This document shows, piece after piece, positions 1 through 8,393 of a stretch of 64,000 nucleotides of DNA. A program made the position numbers and the translations under genes. Below the pieces are notes generated by a model. That model worked only from the letters and a program-made list of their open reading frames with translations. It was not told the DNA's origin and searched no databases. Numbering within the stretch: the first letter of the stretch is position 1; each line of letters starts with the position of its first letter. Origin of the DNA: Phycisphaerales bacterium (lineage in GTDB: Bacteria; Planctomycetota; Phycisphaerae; Phycisphaerales; UBA1924); assembly GCA_044221985.1 (NCBI GenBank), contig JBGAOG010000002.1, forward strand, positions 7,073 through 71,072. Reading direction: 5' to 3'.

Positions 1-2
1 TC

Positions 3-566
3 CGCCAGTGGCTCTTCGGATCCAGCTCCCTCCTCCCGCGATGGAAGGACGCCCGCGACGTCTTCGGGATGTTCCGCTGGTTCTTCGGGCTCGGCCCGCG
101 CCCGGCCCTGGACCGCTGGACGTACTGGGAGAAGTTCGACTACTGGGCCGAGGTGGGCGGCTCGTTCATCATCGGGGGCTCGGGGCTCCTGCTCTGGTTC
201 CCCGAGCTCGCCTCCTCGATCCTCCCCGGCTGGGTGTTCAACATCGCCATGGTCGTGCACGGGTACGAGGCGCTGCTGGCCATCGGGTTCATCTTCACCA
301 TCCACTTCTTCAACGCCCACGTTCGTCCCGGCGCCTTCCCCGTCGACGAGGTCATCTTCACCGGCTCGATGCCCGAGCAGGAACTCAAGGAGCAGCGCCC
401 CGCGGAATACGAGCAACTGGTCCGCACCGGAAGGCTCGAGTCCCTCCGGGTCAAGGCGCCGCCGCCGGAGCGGCGCCGCGTGCACGTGGTGATCGCGATC
501 GCCTCCGTCGCCCTCGGGCTGGGGCTGCTCACGCTCATCATCATGGGAGGATTGGGTCTCTTCTAG
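3..566 (+). CDS. b-type cytochrome membrane subunit (FdnI/PhsC/HydC-like), 5' end cut by window edge
   Basis: The reading frame is open from the window start; track ORF 69..566 is only its first in-window Met. TM helices carry spaced His residues (VVHGYEALLAIGFIFTIHFFNAH), and there is a C-terminal TM helix. The stop lies 10 nt before the multihaem cytochrome gene. Confidence 0.6.
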   Translation, partial: RQWLFGSSSLLPRWKDARDVFGMFRWFFGLGPRPALDRWTYWEKFDYWAEVGGSFIIGGSGLLLWFPELASSILPGWVFNIAMVVHGYEALLAIGFIFTIHFFNAHVRPGAFPVDEVIFTGSMPEQELKEQRPAEYEQLVRTGRLESLRVKAPPPERRRVHVVIAIASVALGLGLLTLIIMGGLGLF

Positions 567-575
567 GGCCGCGCC

Positions 576-2039
576 ATGCCCATGCCCAGGCTCCCATCCC
601 GGTTTGGCCAACGCCTCCACTGGCGCCACCGCGCCGTGGTGGTCGGTGGCCTGCTCACCCTGGCCGTCCTGGGGTATTGGGCCTTGCGGGGGCGGGGCTC
701 TCGCGAGCCGGCGCCTCCGCCGGTTCGGATCGTCGAGGTCACCACTCCCGCCGAGCGCCCCACGCGAGTCGTCTCCTTTGCCGAAGGCTGTGTCAACGCC
801 CGCTGCCACTCGGGCATGCAGAACGCGCCATTCGCGCACCCTCCCACGGCCCAGGGCGCGTGCGCCCTGTGCCACCTGCCCGATTCTGGGGGGCACCGGT
901 ATCCGCTGGTCGCAGCGCGCCAGGCCCTGTGCAAGGACTGCCACCAGACGGGCCAGAGCCTGCGATTCCAGCACCAGGCGATGTCGGAAGAGGGATGCCT
1001 GGCGTGCCATGACCCGCACAACTCGACGCGCCCCGGGCTCCTCGCCGCCGAGACCGAGGAGAAGACCTGCGGCATGTGCCATCCGCCCTCGGACGGGGCA
1101 TTGCGTCACAAGCCCTACGCCTTGGGACGCTGCACCGCGTGCCACGAGCCCCACGAATCGGACTCGCCGGCGCTGCTGCGCGGGGGCGACGTGCCCGGCA
1201 ATTGCCGCCTGTGCCACGCGCCCACCGTGGCCGCCTTTGCGGGGGCCTTCAAGTCGCACGAGCAAGTCGAGGGCTCGTGCGTGGCCTGCCATGGGGCGCA
1301 CGCCGCGAGCTGGAAGGGACTGCTCAAGAGCGAGCCCCGCGAGGGGTGCGCGGGGTGCCACAAGGACGTGGGCGGGGCGATGGCCGGGGCCCTGGTCTCG
1401 CACGACGCGGTGCTCAAGGGCGACGAGTGCGTGGGGTGCCACGAGCCCCACGCCTCGCGCGATCCGCTCATGCTGCGCGCCGATCAGCCCACGCTGTGCC
1501 TGCGCTGCCACGCCAAGCCGGTGGTGGCCGCCGACGGGCGGACGATCGGGGCGATGGGCGGGGGCTTGGCCGCGGCGGCGATGACGCACGGGCCCGTGGC
1601 CATGGGGCAATGCTCCCAGTGCCACAGCGTCCATGGGGCCAACCACGCCCGACTGCTCAAGGACGTCGCCGGTGAGACCCTGAGCGAGGGCGTCGATGCC
1701 CGCAACTACGCCTTGTGCTTCTCCTGCCACGACAAGGGACTGCTGGCCGCGCTGACTGCGGCGGCCACCCAGTTCCGGGACGGGGACACCAACCTGCATC
1801 GCTCGCACCTGGCGGCGGGGGCGGGGCGCTCGCACGGGTGCGCCGCGTGCCACAACGCGCACGGGGCCGACGGACCCAAGCTCATCGCTCAGGCCGTGCC
1901 GTACCAGGGGTCCACATGGTTGATGCCGATGGGGTTCGAGATCACTCCCGACGGGGGGAGTTGCTCTCCGGGATGCCACGAGGCGATCTCGTACAGCCGC
2001 AGACCCGGGGGGGTCAAGTCGAGAGGGGGCGGCCCATGA
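576..2039 (+). CDS. multihaem cytochrome c, membrane-anchored (13 CXXCH + CX4CH + CX3CH)
   Basis: 487 aa with an N-terminal signal-anchor (AVVVGGLLTLAVLGYWAL). Contains 13 CXXCH motifs (CALCH, CKDCH, CLACH, CGMCH, CTACH, CRLCH, CVACH, CAGCH, CVGCH, CLRCH, CSQCH, CFSCH, CAACH) plus CVNARCH and CSPGCH. Shows the paired-CXXCH pattern C..CH.PH. Confidence 0.9.
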   Translation: MPMPRLPSRFGQRLHWRHRAVVVGGLLTLAVLGYWALRGRGSREPAPPPVRIVEVTTPAERPTRVVSFAEGCVNARCHSGMQNAPFAHPPTAQGACALCHLPDSGGHRYPLVAARQALCKDCHQTGQSLRFQHQAMSEEGCLACHDPHNSTRPGLLAAETEEKTCGMCHPPSDGALRHKPYALGRCTACHEPHESDSPALLRGGDVPGNCRLCHAPTVAAFAGAFKSHEQVEGSCVACHGAHAASWKGLLKSEPREGCAGCHKDVGGAMAGALVSHDAVLKGDECVGCHEPHASRDPLMLRADQPTLCLRCHAKPVVAADGRTIGAMGGGLAAAAMTHGPVAMGQCSQCHSVHGANHARLLKDVAGETLSEGVDARNYALCFSCHDKGLLAALTAAATQFRDGDTNLHRSHLAAGAGRSHGCAACHNAHGADGPKLIAQAVPYQGSTWLMPMGFEITPDGGSCSPGCHEAISYSRRPGGVKSRGGGP

Positions 2040-3493
2040 GGCCCTTCTGGAGCCTGATCGCGTTCGTGCTGACCGGGGTGGCGGTGGGGGCCCCGCCGGC
2101 GTTGGATGCCACCGGTTCGACCAAGCCCGCGCCCACCGAGCCCGTGGCCCGCGAGGGGTGCGTCACCGCAGAGTGCCATCCCGGCGTCAAGCAGCACCGC
2201 TTCCTGCACGGCCCGGTACACGTCAACGCTTGCGACAGCTGCCACACCTCCAAGGCGCCCGAGAAGCACACCTTCGAGCCGGCGCGGGCCAGGCACGAGC
2301 TGTGCCAGCTCTGCCACATCGTCGAGGTCTCGGCCGATGCCAGCAAGCACGAGCCCTTCATCCAGGGCGAGTGCCTGTCGTGCCACGATCCCCACGGGAG
2401 CGGCGACAACACCATGCTCCGCGGCAAGCGCTACGCCGACGCGTGCATGGTCTGCCACCAGGACGTGACCGGGGCGCACGACACGGTGCACGGCCCGGCG
2501 TCGGCGGGGGCCTGCGGCGCATGCCACGCGCCCCACGCCTCGGTGTTTCCCAAGCTGCTGCACGCCCAGGGGCGCGACCTGTGCCTGCGCTGCCATTTGG
2601 CCACGCAACTGGAGCTGGAATCGCACCCGGTGCGCCACGAGCCGGTGCTGGGCGACTGCCGCATCTGCCATGCCCCCCACGCCACCGACACGCGGTCCCT
2701 GCTCGTGGCCGAGGCCTCCCAGTTGTGCACGCAGTGCCATGCCGACATCGGCGAGAAGGCGGCGGGGTCCACGACCCAGCATCAGGCCGTGACCACGCAG
2801 CGATCGTGCCTGAACTGCCACGCCGCCCACGCGGGCGATCACGCCCACCTGCTCCGCCGGGCGGAGAAGGACCTGTGCCTGGAGTGCCACAACAAGGTCA
2901 TCAAGCTCGACGACGGGACCAAGCTCACGAACATGAAGGACGTGCTCGAGAAGCGGTCGAGCCTGCACGGAGTGCTGGCCGAGAAGAGTTGCAGCGTCTG
3001 CCACGAGATCCACGGGGGCGACCATCGGCGCCTGCTCACCAGCGAGTACCCCGCGGAGATCTATGCCGCGTTCGACGAGGCCTCGTACGCCCTGTGCTTC
3101 TCGTGCCACGATCGCCAGATCGTCCTGCAGCCCAAGACCCCCGGCGCCACCTCGTTCCGCAACGGCGACACCAACCTGCACTTCGTGCACGTCAACCGCG
3201 ACGAGAAGGGACGCTCGTGCAGGGTCTGCCACGACGCCCACGCCGCCAACAGGGCCCGGCACATCCGCGACGACGTGCCCTTCGGGCCCGGGGGCTGGAA
3301 GTTGCCCATCAAGTACGAGCCCACGCCCGAGGGCGGGCGTTGCGGCCCCGGGTGCCACGTGCAGCTGGAGTACAACCGCGTGACGCCGGTCGTCTATCCC
3401 CTCGCGCCCGGGGACAAGGCCTGGAAGGGCGTGGACCTCGTTCCGGGCGTGCGGGCGGAATCGCCCGACGCGCCCGCGGAGAAGCCGAAATGA
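2036..3493 (+). CDS. multihaem cytochrome c, secreted paralogue (13 CXXCH + CX4CH + CX3CH)
   Basis: The ATG at 2036 overlaps the upstream stop (ATGA). The signal peptide is MRPFWSLIAFVLTGVAVGAPPALDA. It has 13 CXXCH motifs plus CVTAECH and CGPGCH, the same layout as the upstream gene. The track ORF start at 1715 is rejected because it overlaps the previous CDS. Confidence 0.87.
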   Translation: MRPFWSLIAFVLTGVAVGAPPALDATGSTKPAPTEPVAREGCVTAECHPGVKQHRFLHGPVHVNACDSCHTSKAPEKHTFEPARARHELCQLCHIVEVSADASKHEPFIQGECLSCHDPHGSGDNTMLRGKRYADACMVCHQDVTGAHDTVHGPASAGACGACHAPHASVFPKLLHAQGRDLCLRCHLATQLELESHPVRHEPVLGDCRICHAPHATDTRSLLVAEASQLCTQCHADIGEKAAGSTTQHQAVTTQRSCLNCHAAHAGDHAHLLRRAEKDLCLECHNKVIKLDDGTKLTNMKDVLEKRSSLHGVLAEKSCSVCHEIHGGDHRRLLTSEYPAEIYAAFDEASYALCFSCHDRQIVLQPKTPGATSFRNGDTNLHFVHVNRDEKGRSCRVCHDAHAANRARHIRDDVPFGPGGWKLPIKYEPTPEGGRCGPGCHVQLEYNRVTPVVYPLAPGDKAWKGVDLVPGVRAESPDAPAEKPK

Positions 3494-3540
3494 ACGCGCG
3501 GCGCCGCCCGCGCAGGAACTCTGTCTGGAAGGAGCTTGCC

Positions 3541-4614
3541 ATGAAACGCTTTGGATTGCCGACGATCGTCCTCACCCTGGGCCTCGCCCTGGCGGCGCTC
3601 GTGCCCGCCGCCCGCGCCGACGAGCTGCGCAACGTCAAGCGCGGCGAGCCGATGCCCGCGTACAAGCTGCCCGCCATCGATGGGGCCCTGATCGACAGCG
3701 AGGCCTTGAAGGGGTCGGTCGTCGTCCTGGTCTGCCTGTCCGCCGAGCAGCGCAGCAGCGAGCTGGCGGCGATCGACTCGCGCGACGCCCTCCGCGCCCT
3801 GGGGACCGACCCGGTCCGGCTGGTCCACGTGACGGCCGACGTCGTGGCCAAGGCCTATTTCGAGAAGTTCCGCCAGGAGCGCAAGCTCGATGTGCCCCTG
3901 GCCTTCGACGCCGATCGCGCCCTGTACAGCAAGCTCGGGCTCATCGTGTACCCCACGACCATCGTCGTGAATGGCGAGGGCAAGCTCGCCCACGTCATCT
4001 CCCTCCACAACCCCGATTACTCCAACATCCTCGATGCCTACGTCCGCCATGCCCTGGGCAAGCTCAACGACCGCCAGCTCGAGGACCGCCTCAAGTCGCA
4101 CACCGCGTCCAACGGATCGCCCAAGAGCATGGCCTCCACGCACCGGGCGGCCGCCCGATTCATGCGCGAGAAGGGGCGCTTCGACCAGGCCCGCGAGGAG
4201 CTGCTCAAGGCCCGCGACCTGGACCCGACGGACGTGGAAATCCAGCTCGACCTCGCCGACGTGAACGTGACCCTGGGGACCTACGACGAGGCGGAGAAGC
4301 TCGTCCAGGGCGTGCTCGCCGTGCGTGCCGACCACCGGCGCGCCAAGCAGGTCAAGGGCATCATCTTCTATCGACGCCACCAGCTCGTGGACGCGGAGAA
4401 GACACTCATCGAGGCCCTGGACCTGAACCCCGAGCCCAGCCGCATCCACTACTACCTCGGGAGAATCTACGAGGAGCAGAACAACACCGCCAAGGCCCTG
4501 GAGCACTACCGCGAGGCGCTCAAGAAGTTCCTCAACGAGCCCGAGCCCGGGGCCAAGCCCACCCCCGCCAGGGCGCCCGAGCCCAAGCCGGAAAAGCCCG
4601 CGGGCGGGAAGTAG
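3541..4614 (+). CDS. thioredoxin-fold (TlpA/redoxin-like, CXXC lost) + TPR repeat protein, secreted
   Basis: GGAGG sits 6 nt upstream of the ATG at 3541. The signal peptide is MKRFGLPTIVLTLGLALAALVPAARA. A redoxin-like region (GSVVVLVCLSAEQRSS) has no CXXC. C-terminal TPR repeats are present (RIHYYLGRIYEEQNNTAKALEHYREAL). An alternative ATG at 3490 overlaps the upstream stop. Confidence 0.75.
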   Translation: MKRFGLPTIVLTLGLALAALVPAARADELRNVKRGEPMPAYKLPAIDGALIDSEALKGSVVVLVCLSAEQRSSELAAIDSRDALRALGTDPVRLVHVTADVVAKAYFEKFRQERKLDVPLAFDADRALYSKLGLIVYPTTIVVNGEGKLAHVISLHNPDYSNILDAYVRHALGKLNDRQLEDRLKSHTASNGSPKSMASTHRAAARFMREKGRFDQAREELLKARDLDPTDVEIQLDLADVNVTLGTYDEAEKLVQGVLAVRADHRRAKQVKGIIFYRRHQLVDAEKTLIEALDLNPEPSRIHYYLGRIYEEQNNTAKALEHYREALKKFLNEPEPGAKPTPARAPEPKPEKPAGGK

Positions 4615-5015
4615 CCGGCGAGCGCTTCCAGCGAGCGACGGGCGTTTGCGAACCGGCGAGAGCGCGTCGCCCCGCTGGGCGGGACGGTGCGCGATGTGCA
4701 CGTGGGCCGAGAAGCGCCTGTGAGTGGAAGTCCCTGTTCGGCAAGTCAAACCCGAACGAGGCGCGAGACCTGCCTGCTTTCCGCAAAGAAACGCACTTTC
4801 GCCTTACGTACTCCATGAACGTATGGCGTGCGTACGGTATTCATTCCGAATATCGGTCCTGCGTGTATTTTCATTCGGATGAAAGAATCCGCTTGCACGA
4901 GCCCCATTCATGGCGCATCTTTTCTCTACAGGGGCTGGAATCCCTGTGGAAATGGGCTCCGCAAAGCGGCTAGAGTTGGCCGAATTCCGGGGCCCTCAGA
5001 CCGAGGGTAAGCGAT

Positions 5016-5711
5016 ATGCGGATCATCTTGACAAGTTTGGCGGTTGCGGCACTCGCAGGAACCACCTCCGCGCAAACTACGGCGCTCGCGCACTTCCAAG
5101 CGAATTCGCCCGCGTGGCGCGCCGGGGCCAACGCGAGTTTCAGCGGCTGGTATCGACAGGGCAATCTGCTTCAGTCCGGCGGCCCCGGCGCCACGAGCTT
5201 CACCGTGCCCTTCGGAGCCCCGGGAAACCTGTCGGCCACGGGCAGCGGCGCGGTCTTCACGCAGACCGGTGACGACACCGCGATCGTGTCGGGCAGCGGC
5301 GCGCTGTACTGCACCGGCATCGGCGCCTTCACCGTCGCGCAGACGGTCGCCTCCGACCTGAACTTCCTGGCCATCCAGATCGACACGTTCGGCAGCCACG
5401 TCATTCCCTCGGGGCTGCGCCTGAGCTACACCCTGAGCGGCGGGGGCACCGTTTCGGACCTCGTGCCGGGGCAGGTTATCGAGGTCGCGCCCCTGGGTGA
5501 CCCTTTGGGAGGCGGGCAATACCTGTACGGGTCGTGGGACATTTCCGGAGAGGCCGGTACGGTTCTTTCCTATATCGTGAGCTTCGCGGCATCCGATGCC
5601 AATACCGCGGTCAAGAATATCGAGGTGGATGCGCACCTCGTCCCCGCGCCGGGCGCGCTCGCCCTTGGGGGGTTGGGGATGCTGGTCCTCGGGCGGCGTC
5701 GCCGGAGGTAG
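5016..5711 (+). CDS. PEP-CTERM sorting-domain secreted protein
   Basis: Signal peptide MRIILTSLAVAALAGTTSAQ. The C-terminus VPAPGALALGGLGMLVLGRRRRR fits the PEP-CTERM pattern (motif, TM helix, Arg cluster). Confidence 0.75.
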   Translation: MRIILTSLAVAALAGTTSAQTTALAHFQANSPAWRAGANASFSGWYRQGNLLQSGGPGATSFTVPFGAPGNLSATGSGAVFTQTGDDTAIVSGSGALYCTGIGAFTVAQTVASDLNFLAIQIDTFGSHVIPSGLRLSYTLSGGGTVSDLVPGQVIEVAPLGDPLGGGQYLYGSWDISGEAGTVLSYIVSFAASDANTAVKNIEVDAHLVPAPGALALGGLGMLVLGRRRRR

Positions 5712-5724
5712 CAGGAGGAACGCC

Positions 5725-6789
5725 ATGAGGCGGCTGGTTCTGGGGGTTGGAGCGTTGGGAGCCTGCGCGAGCATCGGGCTCGCGCAGTGTCCGGGAACGA
5801 CACAGGCGTTCGCTTCCCCCGCGTACGACGTGTGGGCGTATCCGGCCGCCGGTTCCGGGGCGTCGCTCTCGGCGCCCACGTTCGGCTCTCCCCTGGCCAC
5901 GGAAGACCCCGATCGGCTGGGGTATTACTTCGCGGCGTTTCGCACGCAGGATCTGATCCCGACCGCCGGCGGCCCCTTCCAGGTCCGCTCGGCGACGCTG
6001 ACGGTGTACGTGCTCAACTCGTCGCGCCCCGCGCCGAACTCCACGATCTACGACCCCACGTACGACTCGTGGAAGACGTTCCTGGCGCTGGAACCGGACT
6101 CCGACGCCGGGCGTCCCATCGAGCTGTACGGGTGCCTTCTCAACAATGGCCTGACGCTTGGGACGTGGAACGAGTCCTCGACTCCGGTATACCAGAACGG
6201 GCTCTACAACGTGCTGCCGGCGGACTTTCCGACCAGCACGCTGGTCCCGCCCCAGCCGCGAGACGTGACCAGCAACGCCGACGGGGCGGACTTCACGGTG
6301 GTCAGCGACGGTTTCGACACGCGCCCCCTGGCCACCGGGACGACGTCCCAGACCTACGCCGGAACCGACGGGCACACGCGTATCAGCGACGGCGCTCTGC
6401 TGACCTTCCAGATCGACGTGACCGATCCGCGGGTCCGCGGCTACCTCGAGCGGTCGTTGCGCAACGATGGCTACATCGGCTTCGTGATCTCGTCGCTGCA
6501 CGGGGCGGCCTATGGCGGCATGGGCGCGGGCGAGACGTACCCCCGCATCGCCACGAAGGAGGCCTTCGGGCTGCCCGACCCGAGCCTCGCCATCGAGTAC
6601 GTGGCCCTCCCTCGCTTCGATGTGAACACGGACACGCGAGTCGACGTCGAGGACTTGTATTCCTGGCATCGCGGCACGGGCAACCGCGATGTCGATCAGA
6701 GCGGGGCGGTGGACGCGGCCGACGCGGCCGCCCTTCATTGCCAGCTGCGCAGCCTGGAGCACGCCACACTGTTGGCCGCGAGGCCTTGA
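5725..6789 (+). CDS. secreted hypothetical protein with C-terminal dockerin/EF-hand-like repeats
   Basis: AGGAGGA lies upstream of the ATG at 5725. The signal peptide is MRRLVLGVGALGACASIGLAQ. The C-terminus reads DVNTDTRVDVEDLYSWHRGTGNRDVDQSGAVDAADAAAL. The track start at 5596 overlaps the previous CDS. Confidence 0.65.
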   Translation: MRRLVLGVGALGACASIGLAQCPGTTQAFASPAYDVWAYPAAGSGASLSAPTFGSPLATEDPDRLGYYFAAFRTQDLIPTAGGPFQVRSATLTVYVLNSSRPAPNSTIYDPTYDSWKTFLALEPDSDAGRPIELYGCLLNNGLTLGTWNESSTPVYQNGLYNVLPADFPTSTLVPPQPRDVTSNADGADFTVVSDGFDTRPLATGTTSQTYAGTDGHTRISDGALLTFQIDVTDPRVRGYLERSLRNDGYIGFVISSLHGAAYGGMGAGETYPRIATKEAFGLPDPSLAIEYVALPRFDVNTDTRVDVEDLYSWHRGTGNRDVDQSGAVDAADAAALHCQLRSLEHATLLAARP

Positions 6790-6845
6790 AGCCGAAGGAG
6801 AGGAGCGAGGAACGGACAGGCCGTTCCTCGGGCAGGAGAACGCCG

Positions 6846-7688
6846 ATGCAGACCCACAATCACGATAATGCAGGACGCAATCGCTGTTTGGTTCCCGGAG
6901 GATTCACGCTGATCGAGTTGCTGGTGGTGATCGCGATCATCGCGCTGCTGATCGGGATCCTGCTCCCGGGCATCGCCAAGTGCAAGTATCTCTCTCGCCA
7001 GGCGCGGGAGATGGCGGCGGCCCGGACGCTGAACTTCGCGTACACGGGCTACGCCCTGGAGAACAAGGACAACCTGCTCCCGTCGTGGTTCGACCCCGTG
7101 GTGATGTGCGACGACACGGGGCGCCAGATGCCCGACACGCTGGACTACTCGCAGATTCGCAGCCGCTACCCGTGGCGCCTGATCGGGTACCTCGATAACC
7201 AGATCAACGGGTCGCTGCTCATCAACGAGCAGGTCAGCCTGCTCAAGCGCCGCAGCCAGGTGGGGGACGACCTGTTCTACTACACGGTGAGCCTGGCGCC
7301 GAGCCTGGGGCTCAACATGCGGTTCCTGGGCGGGGGCGACCTGCGCCTGGCCCCGCCCCAGATCGTGCACGACATCTTCAGGCCCATCAACAAGATCGGG
7401 GAGGCGACGACTCCCGAGGGGATGCTGGTCTTTACGTCCGCCCGCGGCGCCCCCATCGACGGGATGCGCGAGGGGTACTTCAACGTCTTTACGCCCAGCA
7501 CGCCGGCCTACAACGCGGGGATTTCCGCGGACCAGTACGGCTATGTCTCCCCTCGCTACGACGGCACCGCGGTGGCGGGCTGGCTCGACGGGCACGCCTC
7601 GGGCATCAAGAACGAGGGGCTCCAGGACATGCGCAACTGGTCCGACCACGCCCGGCGGGTCAACGATCCCGCGTGGCGCCCGCAGTAA
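6846..7688 (+). CDS. prepilin-type N-terminal cleavage/methylation domain protein (type II pseudopilin-like, DUF1559-like)
   Basis: Contains GGFTLIELLVVIAIIALLIGILLP, a class III signal/methylation motif, and WLDGH near the C-terminus. The track ORF 5787.. is trimmed to the ATG at 6846. Confidence 0.8.
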   Translation: MQTHNHDNAGRNRCLVPGGFTLIELLVVIAIIALLIGILLPGIAKCKYLSRQAREMAAARTLNFAYTGYALENKDNLLPSWFDPVVMCDDTGRQMPDTLDYSQIRSRYPWRLIGYLDNQINGSLLINEQVSLLKRRSQVGDDLFYYTVSLAPSLGLNMRFLGGGDLRLAPPQIVHDIFRPINKIGEATTPEGMLVFTSARGAPIDGMREGYFNVFTPSTPAYNAGISADQYGYVSPRYDGTAVAGWLDGHASGIKNEGLQDMRNWSDHARRVNDPAWRPQ

Positions 7689-7756
7689 GCGCCGCGACAC
7701 GCACCAGGGAATCTGATCCAAGGGGACGCTCGCTCGGCGTCCCCTTGTTCGCGCGC

Positions 7757-8323
7757 TCATCGTCCGTAACGGGCGAAGAACTCATCGGCCAGCATCGCCC
7801 AGCGCTCGTGGTCCGACCACACGCCCTGGATCTGGAGGTAGCCGGGCGAGCACCCCTCGCGACGGAACCCCACCGATCTCGCCAGGGCGATGGACGCGAG
7901 GTTGTGCGGCTGGATATTGGCCTCGACGCGGTGGAGCGAGAGCTCCGCGAACGCGACGCGCAGCACCAGCGGGAGCGCCTCGCGCATGTATCCCTGGCGC
8001 GCATGCTCGCGGGCGATCCAGTAGCCCATGAACGCCTGCTGGAGCGGGCCGCGGATGATCTCCCCCAGCGAGGCCTGGCCCAGGATGGCGGCGTCTCCGG
8101 AGCGGCAGATGAGGAAGCGGCGTCGCGTGTCGGAGGTCGCGGAGTCCACCCACGTCTGGAAGCCGTCGGGAGAGAAGAGGTCATGCCCGGGCGGGGGCGA
8201 GGGCTCCCAGGGTTCGAGCCAGTCGCGGTTGGCGCGGCGCAGGGCGAGGAACTCGCGCTCGTCGGAGGCGCGGGGAGGGCGGATGATGATTCCCGACGCG
8301 GGGTGTGCCGGCTGTCCGTGCAT
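7757..8323 (-). CDS. GNAT family N-acetyltransferase (RimJ/RimL-like)
   Basis: 188 aa. Contains MGYWIAREHARQGYMREALPLVLRVAFAELSLHRVEANIQPHNLASIALARSVGFRREG, typical of RimJ/RimL acetyltransferases. Confidence 0.85.
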   Translation of the reverse strand: MHGQPAHPASGIIIRPPRASDEREFLALRRANRDWLEPWEPSPPPGHDLFSPDGFQTWVDSATSDTRRRFLICRSGDAAILGQASLGEIIRGPLQQAFMGYWIAREHARQGYMREALPLVLRVAFAELSLHRVEANIQPHNLASIALARSVGFRREGCSPGYLQIQGVWSDHERWAMLADEFFARYGR

Positions 8324-8393
8324 TCAGGGACTGTACGAGCCCGACGCGCCAGCGAGGGATCTTCCCTGACCCCGCGTGCACTGGCTCACGACC

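Noticed and set aside
1715-3540. Upstream extensions of track ORFs 1715..3493 and 2158..4614
   Set aside because: The extensions overlap real multihaem cytochrome CDSs in other frames and are Arg/Pro-rich. Internal ATGs followed by signal peptides (2036, 3541), with an ATGA overlap or a GGAGG, are much better starts.
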